Shown: piece after piece, positions 40,250 to 53,063 of the stretch
How the letters are laid out: each line of letters opens with the position of its first letter
Numbering within the stretch: position 1 is the first letter of the stretch
Source: Octopus vulgaris
Taxonomy: Eukaryota
NCBI GenBank assembly: GCA_951406725.2
Contig: OX597814.1
Span: 31,744,001 to 31,808,000 of the forward strand
DNA length: 64,000 bases
Direction: 5' to 3'
The notes under the pieces: model-generated
The model's input: the letters and a program-made list of their open reading frames with translations, nothing else
Database searches by the model: none
What the model was told of the DNA's origin: nothing
Made by a program: the position numbers and the translations under genes

Positions 40250-42145
40250 AAGTTGTCTTATTTCTGTCAATTCAGAATTCCCAAAATAGAGAGAATGCAT
40301 ACGAATCCTAATGCTTATGAATACCACTTCCATTCATGGAAATGTATATTTCACATCAGATCAGGTTGATAATTTTACGTACGATTTTAGCTTTTACAGA
40401 CGTTTTTCCAAACAATTGATTATCCCAAACATTCATTCTTCTTTGTGACCATGGTCACGACAAATAAACAGTGAAATATACTATGGACAGCTCTGTATAC
40501 TTACGGCCATTTTATACCGTATACTTACGGCCATTTTAGGTGTGGAGAACTATAAAACGAAATATGGATTTGAATTAACACATTGGATTGACAGAAAATA
40601 GAAATGTTATAGGAAAATGCAAAGAGCAAAACAGAGGTATGAATGTGATATATTTCGAAATAATAGGACATAAAAACACGGCGCCAAAAGTTTTGGAGAA
40701 TTGCAGTGATGACCTATATCCAGTGATGGTCGATGCGACGTCGTAATATAATACAAATTAATGCATTTATTTTGATTAATACGATGTTAAAGTAAGACAA
40801 AGCTCAATCAAGCCAATAAGGAAGCTTTTGCACGAGTGGTCAGCTTACCAAATAGTAGCAGAAACTCTTTGATATCACTAACTTTCTTATTAAAACTTAA
40901 AAGTACGTTAAACAAACTAATCATAAATATAATATAGAATAGCCTTAAGCACTAATGTGATAACTTTAATTAGGTTCTCTAAATCTAAATCTCTTTAACA
41001 TTGAAGAATTCATTTAAGAAAACTTATATTAGATTTATGGGGCAAATCTGTTCATTTTCTATTTCTAGCTACAAACGACTCTAACTTATTAACTGAAGAA
41101 GAAAAATAGTAAAGGCAGAGATACCTTATCAGTACACGACATCTTTTGTACTGTGATTTACCCCTTATAGAGACTAAACAAGAGGTTGCAGAAAAGGGAA
41201 ATAGTATTCATTATGTCCATTAAAAACATTCTCAATAAGATTATCCCAATTGTAATATTCGGACTTTTAAAAAATCACATTAGCTTAGTAGTAAAAATGT
41301 GGGTTCAAACAGTTGCCATCAAATATATGTTTTGATTCTTCAGCCCTAGGACTCATAGTGAGTTTCAACCAGTTTACATGACATGTAAATGAGCGACCCA
41401 ACCCTAATAATATGGTACTAATCCGTCGGAGGTTAACTCATTTACGCCTGAGTGGAGTGTTGCAATATAAGAACATAATTGTGTTTTGCTCAAGAACACC
41501 GTCCGGTGCAGGAATCAAAAGCACGATTTTGCAATCATGGATGCAGTATTCTAAATTACCATCAAAAGTAATTGAGTAAATGAAATTGTCATAACCTAAC
41601 GAGATCCAACAAATGCTAATCGAAGGCTTGAAAAGAAATTAATATATGTTAACATTAAACAAATCTTGATTTGTGGCGTAGTAATCCTTTTATTATTTTA
41701 ATGGTTTCAGTTGATAAGTTGTGATATGCTTAGTTATTACTCTCAAGGGTAGAAGTCAGTCATGTATACACCAGTATTCATTCATATCTGGAACCTGTTT
41801 TATCCATCACTTTTATATCAATGACTAACAAAAGATTTTGACATAAGCGGATGGAACAAGTCACAGAGATTGATATGTTTTACACTAAATATAATGCGTA
41901 TTCACGTACGCACATACATTCACACGCACACGGATTAATATTTGTTTTTATGTTATAATAAAAACAATTGTACATTAAGATTAAGGAGTACTCGACACAT
42001 TTATTTGGGTACAAATTTATTATTATTTAACAAGAATAGTATTGACAGTAACTTCGAAGATTCTGTTAACTAAGCCAACATCTGCTGGTAAGTAGGGAGC
42101 AACGAGGTAAACATTTTAAATGCGTCTTTTGGTCATGCAGCCAAT

Positions 42146-42900
42146 CTCTTATATAAAATCCGTTCTGTCTGTGTCTGTGGCTTCTAGGGTCTCGGGCATC
42201 CTCCATCCGATTGCGCTCGAATTTGATATGTTGACACCGACGGTATCAGAGCATGTATGTATAAGTCTTGAAAAAATGACAAAAATCGATTCCAGGTGAG
42301 AATGCGATCGATAAAGCCGTGGGAAATCGTTTTTCTTTGGAATAGAAAAAAAGTCTATCTTTATTTCTTCTTTTCTTGGTGTCTCAAATTTAGGTTAAAT
42401 CAGTGTTTCTCAAAGGTGAGGCCTATGCGACAGTCAGACAAGTTGTTTTGAGAAAATTTGGTTTAAATGTTTGACAACTCAGCACCGTCCATTGGTATAA
42501 TTATAATAACAAAAAAAAACTTAGCAGTTTCTATATTTTCTAGCATAGATGCTACTTTTAGATTAGGTAATGAAAAGGTATTAATAACAGCTACATGCCC
42601 TACAGATGATACCATAACAACCTAAATATAAGAAGGCCGTATTAGGTAATGTATAATCGGTTTACTCTATTGGGAGAAATTAACGATTATAATTCCTGTG
42701 CATTTCACTATAAGGCTACGTTATTGGTTTCTAGATAGTCATAAATGAAATGTATAAGACTTTTGGATTTTTGCTAAAACTTCTATCACTTGCGCATTAA
42801 CGAAACTTCAAATATCTCTTTCCTCAATGCTCAACATGCGAACTTTCAAAGAAGCGGGAAAGACGGTTACGAAAGGATGATTAAAGGGATACAATTTTTT
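42146..42900. mobile_element. Helitron-like 5' end followed by a possible RepHel remnant (minus strand, ~42600-42900)
   Basis: TCTCTTATATAAAATCCGTTCTGTCTGTGTCTGT...CCGATTGCGCTCGAATTTG start. Minus-strand DI*SFVNA and FRLLWYHL*G loosely resemble Helitron Rep motifs. Confidence 0.4.
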
Positions 42901-43326
42901 ATGGTGAAAGAATTTCATAAATTAATTCATTAAAGAAATTAATTGACACAAATATGTGTATAACTCAGATTTCATTAGTCACCGAAACTTCAAAATGACT
43001 GTCAACTGTTCCCTTAAAAAAATAATTTCATAATTTAATTTAATGTATCGAGTGATATTTTTTCAACTATCTCACCGCTAAATTATGAAACTATAATACT
43101 TTACACATATACACACATTCACGCGCATACATATAATAAGAGATACACATAAACCCTGCTATGTTTGATATATATATATATATATGTATAAGCATATATA
43201 CATATACGCATACAAATACATACACACGCACACACATATAGATACATAGATTGATAGATAGATAGATAGATAGATAGATAGACAGATAGATAGATAGATA
43301 GATAGATACATACATACATACATACA

Positions 43327-43358
<32 letters not shown>

Positions 43359-43599
43359 ACTAAATAATATTCAGAAGATAAACACATATGTACAAGCACA
43401 TAAATATTTATATAGAGAGACAAATATATTTACATAGAGCACAAAAAATACTGTATACTCAAGAGAGAATGCATAGTATTTTAACTCGACAACTGTTTCT
43501 TGAACTTTTGAATTACGTACTAATCGTATTGTTTATAAGTAGCGGATGGAATGTACAAAATAACAGAGGTATGCAATCAATCATAAAACCGGCTTCCTT

Positions 43600-43808
43600 C
43601 ACTAGGAGAAATATTTGGGAAAGGCCACAAAATTTTAATCTGAAATATCAGATGAACCCACGTCGTGACTCAAGGCACAAAGAACAGCAGCTCTTTACAA
43701 CTCGCTACTTCACCAGAACTCGCAAAGGAAAGAAACCCATGTACACTGAAAGACGGTGCCCCAGCGTGGTCTGAGCCTCTCGCTGCAACCAGCAGAAGAT
43801 AAAAGATA
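43600..43808 (+). mobile_element. diverged CR1-like LINE 3' end
   Basis: RPQNFN...SDEP...NSLLHQ, then tail GACGGTGCCCCAGCGTGGTC...AAGATAAAAGA. Confidence 0.6.
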
Positions 43809-43971
43809 TATAATTATATATGTGTGAATGTGTGTATGTATGTGTATATGTATGTATGTATGTATGCATGTGTACACACACACATATATATATATATATA
43901 TATGAAAGAGAGAGAGCAAGGGCGAAGAGAGGGGGAATAAATATATAGATAGAAAGATGGACAAATAGACT

Positions 43972-44039
<68 letters not shown>

Positions 44040-45203
44040 TAGATATGTTTATATCTGCATATGTTTGAGAGCATTTACATAAATGCCAGTTTACGTAAAG
44101 AATAACCTGCTTGTAGCTTATTTTAACATGGATTGAAGTATAGTAATATTTATATCAGCATAAAACGTATATAAGAAAGAAATAAAACAAGCAGAGACTA
44201 GTTTTATTATTCGGTAGATAACAGAATACATATCTTCATACAAGTAATGGAAACCTCTAATGTTTAGTATTGTACTAGAAAGAAATGCTGCTTGAAATAG
44301 ATTCTAGCTAGTGCATGATTATTTGTAAATGTTATTTCTGAAAATATCCATAAAGTAACATAATGATGTACTTGAAGATTTGCTGCAAAGATAATCTGAT
44401 TGTATTGTTAGAAAACAGTTACAGGTTACAATTTTAAGTTAGGAAATTAAAAAGACGACAAGAATGAAACACGATACAAAGAGAGTGAACGAAACAGAAT
44501 AAAAGAAATAGCTTACGGCTAATGTTTTCCGTAAATGCTAGCTAGAAGCGAAATCTTTATTTTTACTTTAGGTTGCTGAAATTAAAGGAAGGCTATAAAG
44601 CAACAACAAGAAGCGATTATTTAGCAGCTAGTTCCGTTTCCATTAAAACATACTTTACCTTGCGGCTAGAACTACAGCTTTGAGCAATGCTTATTGTTTT
44701 CCTTGTTATTTTCTCTCCTGTTTTAGATCTACTGCTGAATTTAGTAGCATGCTTAAAAGTCTTTGAAAGTCATTAATTTCTATGTTGAAATGCATTTTCT
44801 ATCACATAAAATTCGAATATAAATAGACACATGCACACATAAGAATACACATTGTAAATCTCTGTAACTCTCTCTCTCTCTCTCTCCCTCTCTGTATGTA
44901 TATACAAACAAACATATATACAGATGTATATATATATATACATATACACGCACATACACACACGTATATGCATGTACGTAGGCGTATGTGTGTGGCTACA
45001 GGCACACATAAGTATATACACACGTTTGCAAGCATGCACACACATACACATAGAAACATTTAAGTAACAAGAGTTCCTTAGGGCCTAGACGTTTATGCCA
45101 CTACTTTACCTAGGATTTTAAATAAAATATATGTTATGCATGTATATGTATATATACATACATACATACATACATATTACATACATACATACGTACATGC
45201 ATG

Positions 45204-45279
<76 letters not shown>

Positions 45280-45282
<3 letters not shown>

Positions 45283-45576
45283 TTATATATAAAAGTGAAG
45301 CTGTGTGTCTGTCTCCTACGATTTAGATTCCTAACTACTCCCACATTTTGCGGTGCAGTGTAACCAAAAGCGGGTATCTTATAGTCGTGATTCATATCGA
45401 GCCCTTCTGGGTATTAGCGCGCGTCTACGATGAGTCTACGATTAAAAAAAATTTACCATCATTTTTTCCCATTTTTAATGCATTTTTTTGCTATTATATA
45501 AGGGAAATAACTCTCTAAAAATGCTTATATAGTTATTTCCCTTACAAACCCGAGCAATGCCGGGCGATACTGCTAG
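45280..45576 (+). mobile_element. non-autonomous Helitron
   Basis: 5' TC, 3' CTAG, inserted between A and T, with subterminal hairpin CCCGAGCAATGCCGGG (45549-45564). Confidence 0.88.
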
Positions 45577-45625
<49 letters not shown>

Positions 45626-45632
<7 letters not shown>

Positions 45633-45826
45633 ATTTACGAAAAAAAACAACAAAAGATGAAGACAGGTGGTGCACAAAACAAACAGATGTATTAGTATAA
45701 CGCTCAGGAATAGAAAAAGTCTCTTACGTTTCGAGCCTACGCTCTTCTACAGAAAGGGACACAGAAAAAAGTAGAGAAACAAGGAGAGAAAAAAATGTGT
45801 GCAATGGCTAACGATCTATCATGGCG
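45626..45826 (-). mobile_element. ~200-bp PLE-type terminal repeat unit with hammerhead-like motif (45721-45756)
   Basis: Homologous to 63780-63975. Minus strand reads CTTT-CTGTAGA-A-GAGC-GTAG-GCTC-GAAAC-GTA-AGAG. Confidence 0.75.
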
Positions 45827-46510
45827 TCTGACTCGGACAGAAGGGTCACACACACTCAAACATATATAAGTGAGGTTGCCTGAAATAGTAGTTAGTTTGA
45901 GTGTTGAGTTCACAATTATAATATCATTTGTTCTAAGGAGGTCTTATTACATGTGGATCCAATATTTTTATTCAGTACCAGTCGTTTGCTAGTGTATCCT
46001 TTCTCGGTCCATTTGTGCCATACTTAATGATCTGTCGGGCAACTAGAAGAGGGCCAAAACGATGGTTATATCTGCTCTAGAGTTATTTAGACACCTAAGA
46101 CGAAGTATTGTAGAATCTACAGGCCTCATACGCACACAAACTCACGCGCTCTCAAACAGAAGTATTGAGATAACACACACTTCAAGCGATAACACAGAGA
46201 CAAACAAGCACGCACATGCAGAAGCACATGAGCATACCAAAGGTTAATTTACAATATGCGATACCTGAATCATGTAAATAATTCAGTTATATATTTAAAA
46301 TGTTGATTACCTCAGTAAAGAATGTACATATTTGAATATCCATTCCATTGAGGCAGAAGCATATGCCATGCAGATAAATTCCACAGCTATTTATTTGAAA
46401 GCCTTTGGGCGGTGAACATTAACATTATGTTTCTATTGTTCTCCTTGGAAAACATTATATCATATCTCGGTTGACATGTGCTTTTATTTTATTTATTTAT
46501 ATATATATAT

Positions 46511-46690
46511 ACCGCCAGGTTAATATTTATCCCTATTCAAACGAGGATGTTCTATTACAATAAACTATACTGCGATAGTTACCCTGAGAGAAACCCTCAT
46601 ATTGAGTTTTTGGTGCAAAATACAGATACTAGGTGGACAAATAATGTTCATATGTAAATCAGGTTGGCTGTTAATGCATACATACAGAGC

Positions 46691-46735
<45 letters not shown>

Positions 46736-46850
46736 GAAAGAAGGTTTGAAAATGCAATTTAAAATATGTTTATTTACTTTACCGGTTTGCATTTTCAAAC
46801 CTTCTTTCGTATATAATTCCACTCGTGCGGTACCCAACAACTCCACTTTG

Positions 46851-46882
<32 letters not shown>

Positions 46883-47467
46883 ATTAATATTTATATATAT
46901 ATATATATATATTAATATACATATATATATATATGTATTAATACTGCTTGTGTTATATATATATACATACCACCAGGTATTATTTATCTCTATTTAAACG
47001 TGGATGTTCTATTACAATAAACAATACTGTGATAGTTAACATGAGAGATACCATCATATTGGCTGTTTGGTGCAAAATGCTGTCTTTTCTATATCGTTAG
47101 TGGAGAGATAAAGCCCAACCATTTCCAGCATCAAGAGCACAATATCAGATGATTTGGGCCTTGTTTGGTCTTGTCAATGAGAGTTATTCGACCGCCAGAG
47201 GCAGCAGCGATTATTCTCTACGCGATATATGCAATCACGGTACCAGAGCAGGTGCTGGTGTCGCGATTAGCTAGTTAGCTTGTTAAGTAATATATATGAG
47301 CAAAAGAGGCAATACAAATACCGAGCGGTAATATTTATCCCCACTTAAACTTGGAGGTTCTAGTAGAACATTCAATACTGTGGTGGGTACCGTGAGAGAA
47401 TCTCTCAAAGTGGATTTTTGGTGCAAAATGTACTCTGGTCTCTAACGCTAGCAGTGAGATAAATACC
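46511..47467 (+). repeat. three diverged direct repeats of a ~110-bp unit (46511, 46969, 47320)
   Basis: Shared ...TATTTATC...AAAC.TGGA.GTTCTA.TA.AA...ATACTG...TGAGAGA...TTTGGTGCAAAAT. Confidence 0.8.
46735..46809. mobile_element. 75-bp palindromic mariner-type mini-MITE
   Basis: Perfect 23-bp inverted arms CGAAAGAAGGTTTGAAAATGCAA, 29-nt spacer, TA on both sides. Confidence 0.8.
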
Positions 47468-47699
47468 TATTTCCTTATTACCCACAAGGGGCTAAACACA
47501 GAGGGGACAAACAAGGACAGACATAGGTATTAAGTCGATTACATCGACCCCAGTTCGTAACTGGTACTTAATTTATCGACCCCGAAAGGATGAAAGGCAA
47601 AATCGACCTCGGCGGAATTTGAACTCACAACGTAACGCAGACGAAATACCGCTAAGCATTTCGCCCGGCGTGCTAACGTTTCTGCCAGCTCGCCGCCTT
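47468..47699 (-). mobile_element. SINE family B, full length
   Basis: Perfect 16-bp TSD CAGTGAGATAAATACC at 47452-47467 and 47700-47715. Confidence 0.94.
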
Positions 47700-48104
47700 C
47701 AGTGAGATAAATACCGGCTACCTCCACCAGAATAGCTTGTGTTAGCGTACATAAAAGTATGCATTTAACAGTTTTCGACCTGTTAATACCCAGCTAATGT
47801 GAGATCCTTTACACTGTTGTTCAACGTGCAAGATTTAGTTACCAAATTTCCTTTGAATAACAACTAACCATCGTAAGAAAAGTGAAAACTAAATGGCGAA
47901 CAGGTTTCAAGTAACACAAAACTAGAGTAAAAGCAACGAAAATGATTGGTTAGCACAACGAGGAACAGTGAAACTTTAAAGACAATTATATCTGACTCCT
48001 CATTCGGGATGAAATAGCAGTTAAATTTTTCTCAAATACCACATTTGGTCTGAAACATCAAGAGCAACAGTGCGTATTGTTGTCCTAAAATATTAACATA
48101 CCTG

Positions 48105-48525
48105 GGCGTAGGAGTGGCTGTGTAGTAAGTAGCTTGCTTACGAACCATACGGTTCCGGGTTCAGTCCCACTGCGTGGTACCTTGGGCAAGTGTCTTCTAC
48201 TATAGCCTCGGGCCGACCAAAGCCTTATGAGTGGATTTGGTAGACGGAAACTGAAAGAAGCTCGTCGTATATATATGTATATATGTATGTGTGTATATGT
48301 TTGTGTGTCTGTGTTTGTCCCCCCCCCCCAACATCGCTTGACAACCGATGGTGGTGTGTTTACGCCTCCGTAACTTAGCGGTTCGGCAAAAGAGAACGAT
48401 AGAATAAATACTAGGCTTACAAAGAATAAGTCCTGTGGTCGATTTGCTCGACTAAAGGCGGTGCTCAAGCATGGCCGCAGTCAAATGACTGAAACAAGTA
48501 AAAGAGTAAAGAAAGAGTAAAGAGA
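48105..48525 (+). mobile_element. SINE family A, full length
   Basis: Complete head, CORE-like segment, internal microsatellite, tail and (AAAAGAGT)n end. Confidence 0.93.
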
Positions 48526-48703
48526 TCCCTGCCTGTTTTCATTTTAGCGCTTTTTCGGTTTAATAACTGTCTCGTAATTTTTGCTTACAATCACTTCCCC
48601 GTCCACTTTCTTTCTCATACACTCTGAAGTGTCTATAAATTCAGCAGACCCTATGATTTATAAAATTATTAAAATTTATATTGTTGATATTGTTGTTGTT
48701 GCT

Positions 48704-48815
48704 CTTCTTCTTCTTCTTCTTCTTCTTCTTCTTCTTCTTCTTCTTCTTCTTCTTCTTCTTCTTCTTCTTCTTCTTCATCATCTTCTTCTACCTCTTCTTC
48801 TTCTTCGTCATCATC

Positions 48816-48900
<85 letters not shown>

Positions 48901-48908
48901 CATCATCA

Positions 48909-48957
<49 letters not shown>
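48704..48957. repeat. compound (CTT)n/(ATT)n microsatellite
   Basis: Directly visible. Confidence 0.95.
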
Positions 48958-48958
<1 letters not shown>

Positions 48959-49943
48959 TTATTACCTCCGCCTTAGTGAAGGTGGAAGTATTGTTTTCAG
49001 TCGTGTTTGTTTGTTTGTCCGTGGACAAGATATCTCAAGGACTGCTTAATGGAATTCGGATGAAACTTCCAAGGTTGTTGACCTCGTGACTGGTACGAAC
49101 TGATTAGATTTTGGGATCGATCCGGTACCGGTCAAGGATTCTGGATTATTTGTTATATTTACTTTACGTGAAGTATTACGATCTTACGCTGACTTTCAAG
49201 TGTTTCTCTGATTATCTCCCTTGAAAGCACGCTCATGGTTTCCACGTAATTTATGGTGCCGTTGCTGTTTCCAAAGTTTTATTTTCGTTTATCAATTATT
49301 AATTTTGCTCGCATCTCTATCTTAGCAAGACTGATGGATAAAGAAAAAAAAAACTACATAAATAAACGGCAGAAATTAAATAACACTATCATATTCAGTA
49401 ACAATAGTAAATTCAATTTATCCTGGACAATAACACCTCTTACCTACTTGACAATTGCATTTCTAGCTCTGTCTTGAAGGGCGCTTTAGTTCTTGGACTC
49501 ACGGTTTTGTACGCAACGATGTTGTTAAACCTCCGTTAAATGCACCGTATGCAGGTCCGTTCCGCTTTCTTTCACACACGGATAAATATTTCCCTATAGA
49601 CCTTAATGGTCGTAAAGACACTATATCAGTGGATAGACTGAAAAAAAAGGCCTTCATAGAGAAAACTGTCCCTGTTCCCACTGCAGACCACACACACACA
49701 GCATCACAAATACAGCCCTCACACCCACCTTTACAACCCATCATTAGCATTGAAATCGATCTTGCACGGGACAAGGATTCTGAAGTACTTTTCCGGTTTT
49801 TTTACTTAATTTTTGAGAGCGGTCGTGTTCGTTTTTAATTTTCTCGTTTGTGAGAACAGCCGCGTTTATTTGTTATTCTCATTTTAAAAAATCATCTCCG
49901 GCTAATCGTTGAGAGGACGTTGGTGTTGCCTTGTGCTCTTGTT
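48959..49943 (+). mobile_element. Helentron/DINE-1-like non-autonomous element(s), rearranged
   Basis: Starts TTATTACCTCCGCC...GGTGGAAGTAT followed by (GTTT)n. Internal ATCGATC...CAAGGATTCTG occurs twice (~49117 and ~49756). Ends GCCTTGTGCTCTTGTT. Confidence 0.6.
49491..49660 (+). mobile_element. Ty3/Gypsy integrase C-terminal (GPY/F) fragment
   Basis: SWTHGFVRNDVVKPPLNAPYAGPFRFLSHTDKYFPIDLNGRKDTISVDRLK. Confidence 0.82.
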
Positions 49944-50220
49944 ATCATATTTATCATTATAAAGACAACCACGAGCTGGTAGAATCGATAACTCATTTCT
50001 TCCGGCACTTTAAGTTCTGAATTCAAATTATAAATGCATGTGCGCGTGCGTGTTCGCGCACATATACTCACAAACATACTTATATGTACACATGCAATAC
50101 ACGCACAAATTTATCACCATACACAAAGAGCAGAGTAAATACCAAATACGAAATCTTTAAGATAGCCTGTTTGTATTAATGCCTGAATATGTTTACATAT
50201 ATGTATCTACATACATATGT

Positions 50221-50251
<31 letters not shown>

Positions 50252-50325
50252 CATACACTAGCGCGCAAACTCTCGCGGCTCACATATATATATATGTATA
50301 TACATGTATATATATGTATGTGTAT

Positions 50326-50425
<100 letters not shown>

Positions 50426-51542
50426 ATGTATCTATGTATATATGTATATATATATATATATGCATTTACAATTATGGAAGCCTTTTACAATGACTCGGTC
50501 TCTTTCAACTCTGTCATTCAGGCAGTATATATTTTCTAGATCTCTCTTTTTCTCCCTGTCTACTTCCTTCTTTTCTTTCTTTCTTCCTATGCCCCCTCTC
50601 ACTCTCTCTCTCTCTCTCTCTCTCTTTCGCTCTTTTTCTTTTTCTCTTATCTCTGCTCTAGGCTCTGCTAACAAAAGAACCTATTGGATGGGTTTAGATC
50701 AAAGCTACGTTACACGGAATAAATCTTAAGAGGATTCTTCTTAATTTTCTATCGGCAAAGTTCATATATTTTCTTCTACTTTCGTTTGTAGATTATCGAC
50801 TAATTAATCAATGACTTAAACCAAATTAGATATGCGGTTGTACATTTCGGGCTTCCATACATTCATCTGTATAGAAAAATAGACATTGCTTCAAAAGAAT
50901 AATTGAATAAACAAACAAATAACCGATACAAAAACAAACTTACATAGTGTATGGTGTTTCGAAACTGCTATAACTTTGAAATATGTTTTCGGTTTTCCCT
51001 TTAAATAAATATAGAACTAAAGTAGATACCATTTCCGTGTTATTCCATTCCAGTCAATTTTCCTCGACTTCCAGGAGTGGAAGTAGTGGAAAACGCACAC
51101 AGGAACACTTACGCGCGCGCGCAAACTAAAAGAGACACTCAAATGCACACATATACACACTTAAAAACAGATCCACAAGCATGCTTGCATGTATGCATAG
51201 ATATATACACAAACTGAGTAAAACAGATACTCAGAGACACACATATATATTGTTATAGATCGATAAAACAGTGTATGTATACAAAATCTCAGAGTCGTTA
51301 TAATGCATGTGAATGCATATTTGTTTATACATACGTACATGCATGCATACAAACATATATACACATGTATGTATACACGTGTATATAAACAGACATACGC
51401 AAACGCACGCGATCGTACACAACACATATATATAGATATGTAAGATCTAGTGCGATATATATATAATTTAACACACACAGAATGTGAAAAAATAGCTACT
51501 AATAGTTTCATGCCGATTTTCACATAGATCTAAAAGCATATG

Positions 51543-51905
51543 TATACACTGAGCCTGAAAGATTGTTTGGAGACGCATCGCATGTTATATAATCGGCCAG
51601 TATGAAACTTTTAGGATGCTTCTAGAGAAAGTTAAAGATCTCGTCATACGGATGAGATGGAAGGCATTATTTTTTGGTGCTATACTAACACCCACTGTCA
51701 CGAGATGTTATTAATTAAACACATGTAAATGTTCACCAAATACAAAAGATTTAGTTCCTTCTGAGGCAGCTCCTTCATTTAGTACTAAATATAAGATACC
51801 ACAAATACTATAACCTTTTCCAAGTCAAACAAATCTGATATTAGAAATTTTAAAATTTCTAAAAAAAACGTATTTTCTGATAAAACCAATAACCTCTATG
51901 AAGTC
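51543..51905 (+). mobile_element. Penelope-like (probably Naiad-type) ORF N-terminal remnant
   Basis: RMLLEKVKDLVIRMRWKALFF, KCSPNTKDLVP.E and SDKTNNLYEV. Confidence 0.72.
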
Positions 51906-52042
51906 AGTAGTGATCAAAATCAGTGGATCTTGACCGAATTTCATATGGTTCCTGGGGATCCATATATAATGTTTGGGGATTCATGCAACAAAATAGTAAA
52001 TGTGAGATCCATAGTAATATCTTAGACGTATAGCTCTTAATA

Positions 52043-52300
52043 TATTTCTTTACTACCCACAAGGGGCTAAACACAGAGGGGACAAACAAGGACAGACAAA
52101 CGGATTAAGTGGACTACATCGACCCCAGTGCGTAACTGGTACTTAATTTATCGACCCCGAAAGGATGAAAGGCAAAGTCGACCTCGGCGGAATTTGAACT
52201 CGGAACGTAACGACAGACGAAATACGGCTACGAATTTCGCCCGGCGTGCTAACGTTTCTACCAGCTCACTGCCTGCTAACGTTTCTACCAGCTCACTGCC
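52043..52300 (-). mobile_element. SINE family B with duplicated 5' end
   Basis: Family B body with a 27-bp tandem duplication (52247-52273 / 52274-52300) and a short TSD TTAATA. Confidence 0.92.
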
Positions 52301-52790
52301 TTAATAACCCAGAGTTACCTCCCGTCATTCTATTTATAACTTCATAACCCCCCCCCCATTCACCCACACACCTCTGAAACATAACATTAAAAGTAATTAA
52401 CTGAATATATAGACAAATAAAAATTTTAAAGGCCTTAATGACTGATTGTTTCATTAATTAAGTGACTCAACACTATTACGTAGTGTCTTGCATTTGAGGC
52501 ATTTTGTCAGATAAAATAGATTTTAAATATGATTTTAGCGATATATAACAACTTAGTGAAATAACAAGTGCGGTCACTTTTGGTCTTTTGTCCCTTATTT
52601 GAATTTGGTCCGAATAACTTCCAACATATAATTTTAACTCTATATTACCCATATGGTTTAGTAAATACATATATGATTCCCCTAATTCGTCAGATACATG
52701 TATTATATACTGTTTTTTAAAAATATATTTGTAATATGCAGTCTATTAAAACTATATCCTCTTAGTAATATCACTTTAACTTAAAATACT

Positions 52791-52881
<91 letters not shown>

Positions 52882-52998
52882 CAGCTTTTGTTATATTTCT
52901 GCTGCTTTTAAATAAAGCATATTACTCTACCTCTGGTATTTGAGTACTCTTTTTTCCACCTTGTTTCACATTGATGTGCTTATCCGGCTTATCCGGCA

Positions 52999-53063
<65 letters not shown>

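Noticed and set aside
44560-44790. Splice-acceptor-like and donor-like sites with short reading frames
   Set aside because: Frames close quickly and resemble no known protein.
46511-47430. Repeat-spacer layout as a CRISPR-like array
   Set aside because: The repeats are ~110 bp and diverged, the spacers are long and uneven, no cas-like genes are present, and the context is eukaryotic.
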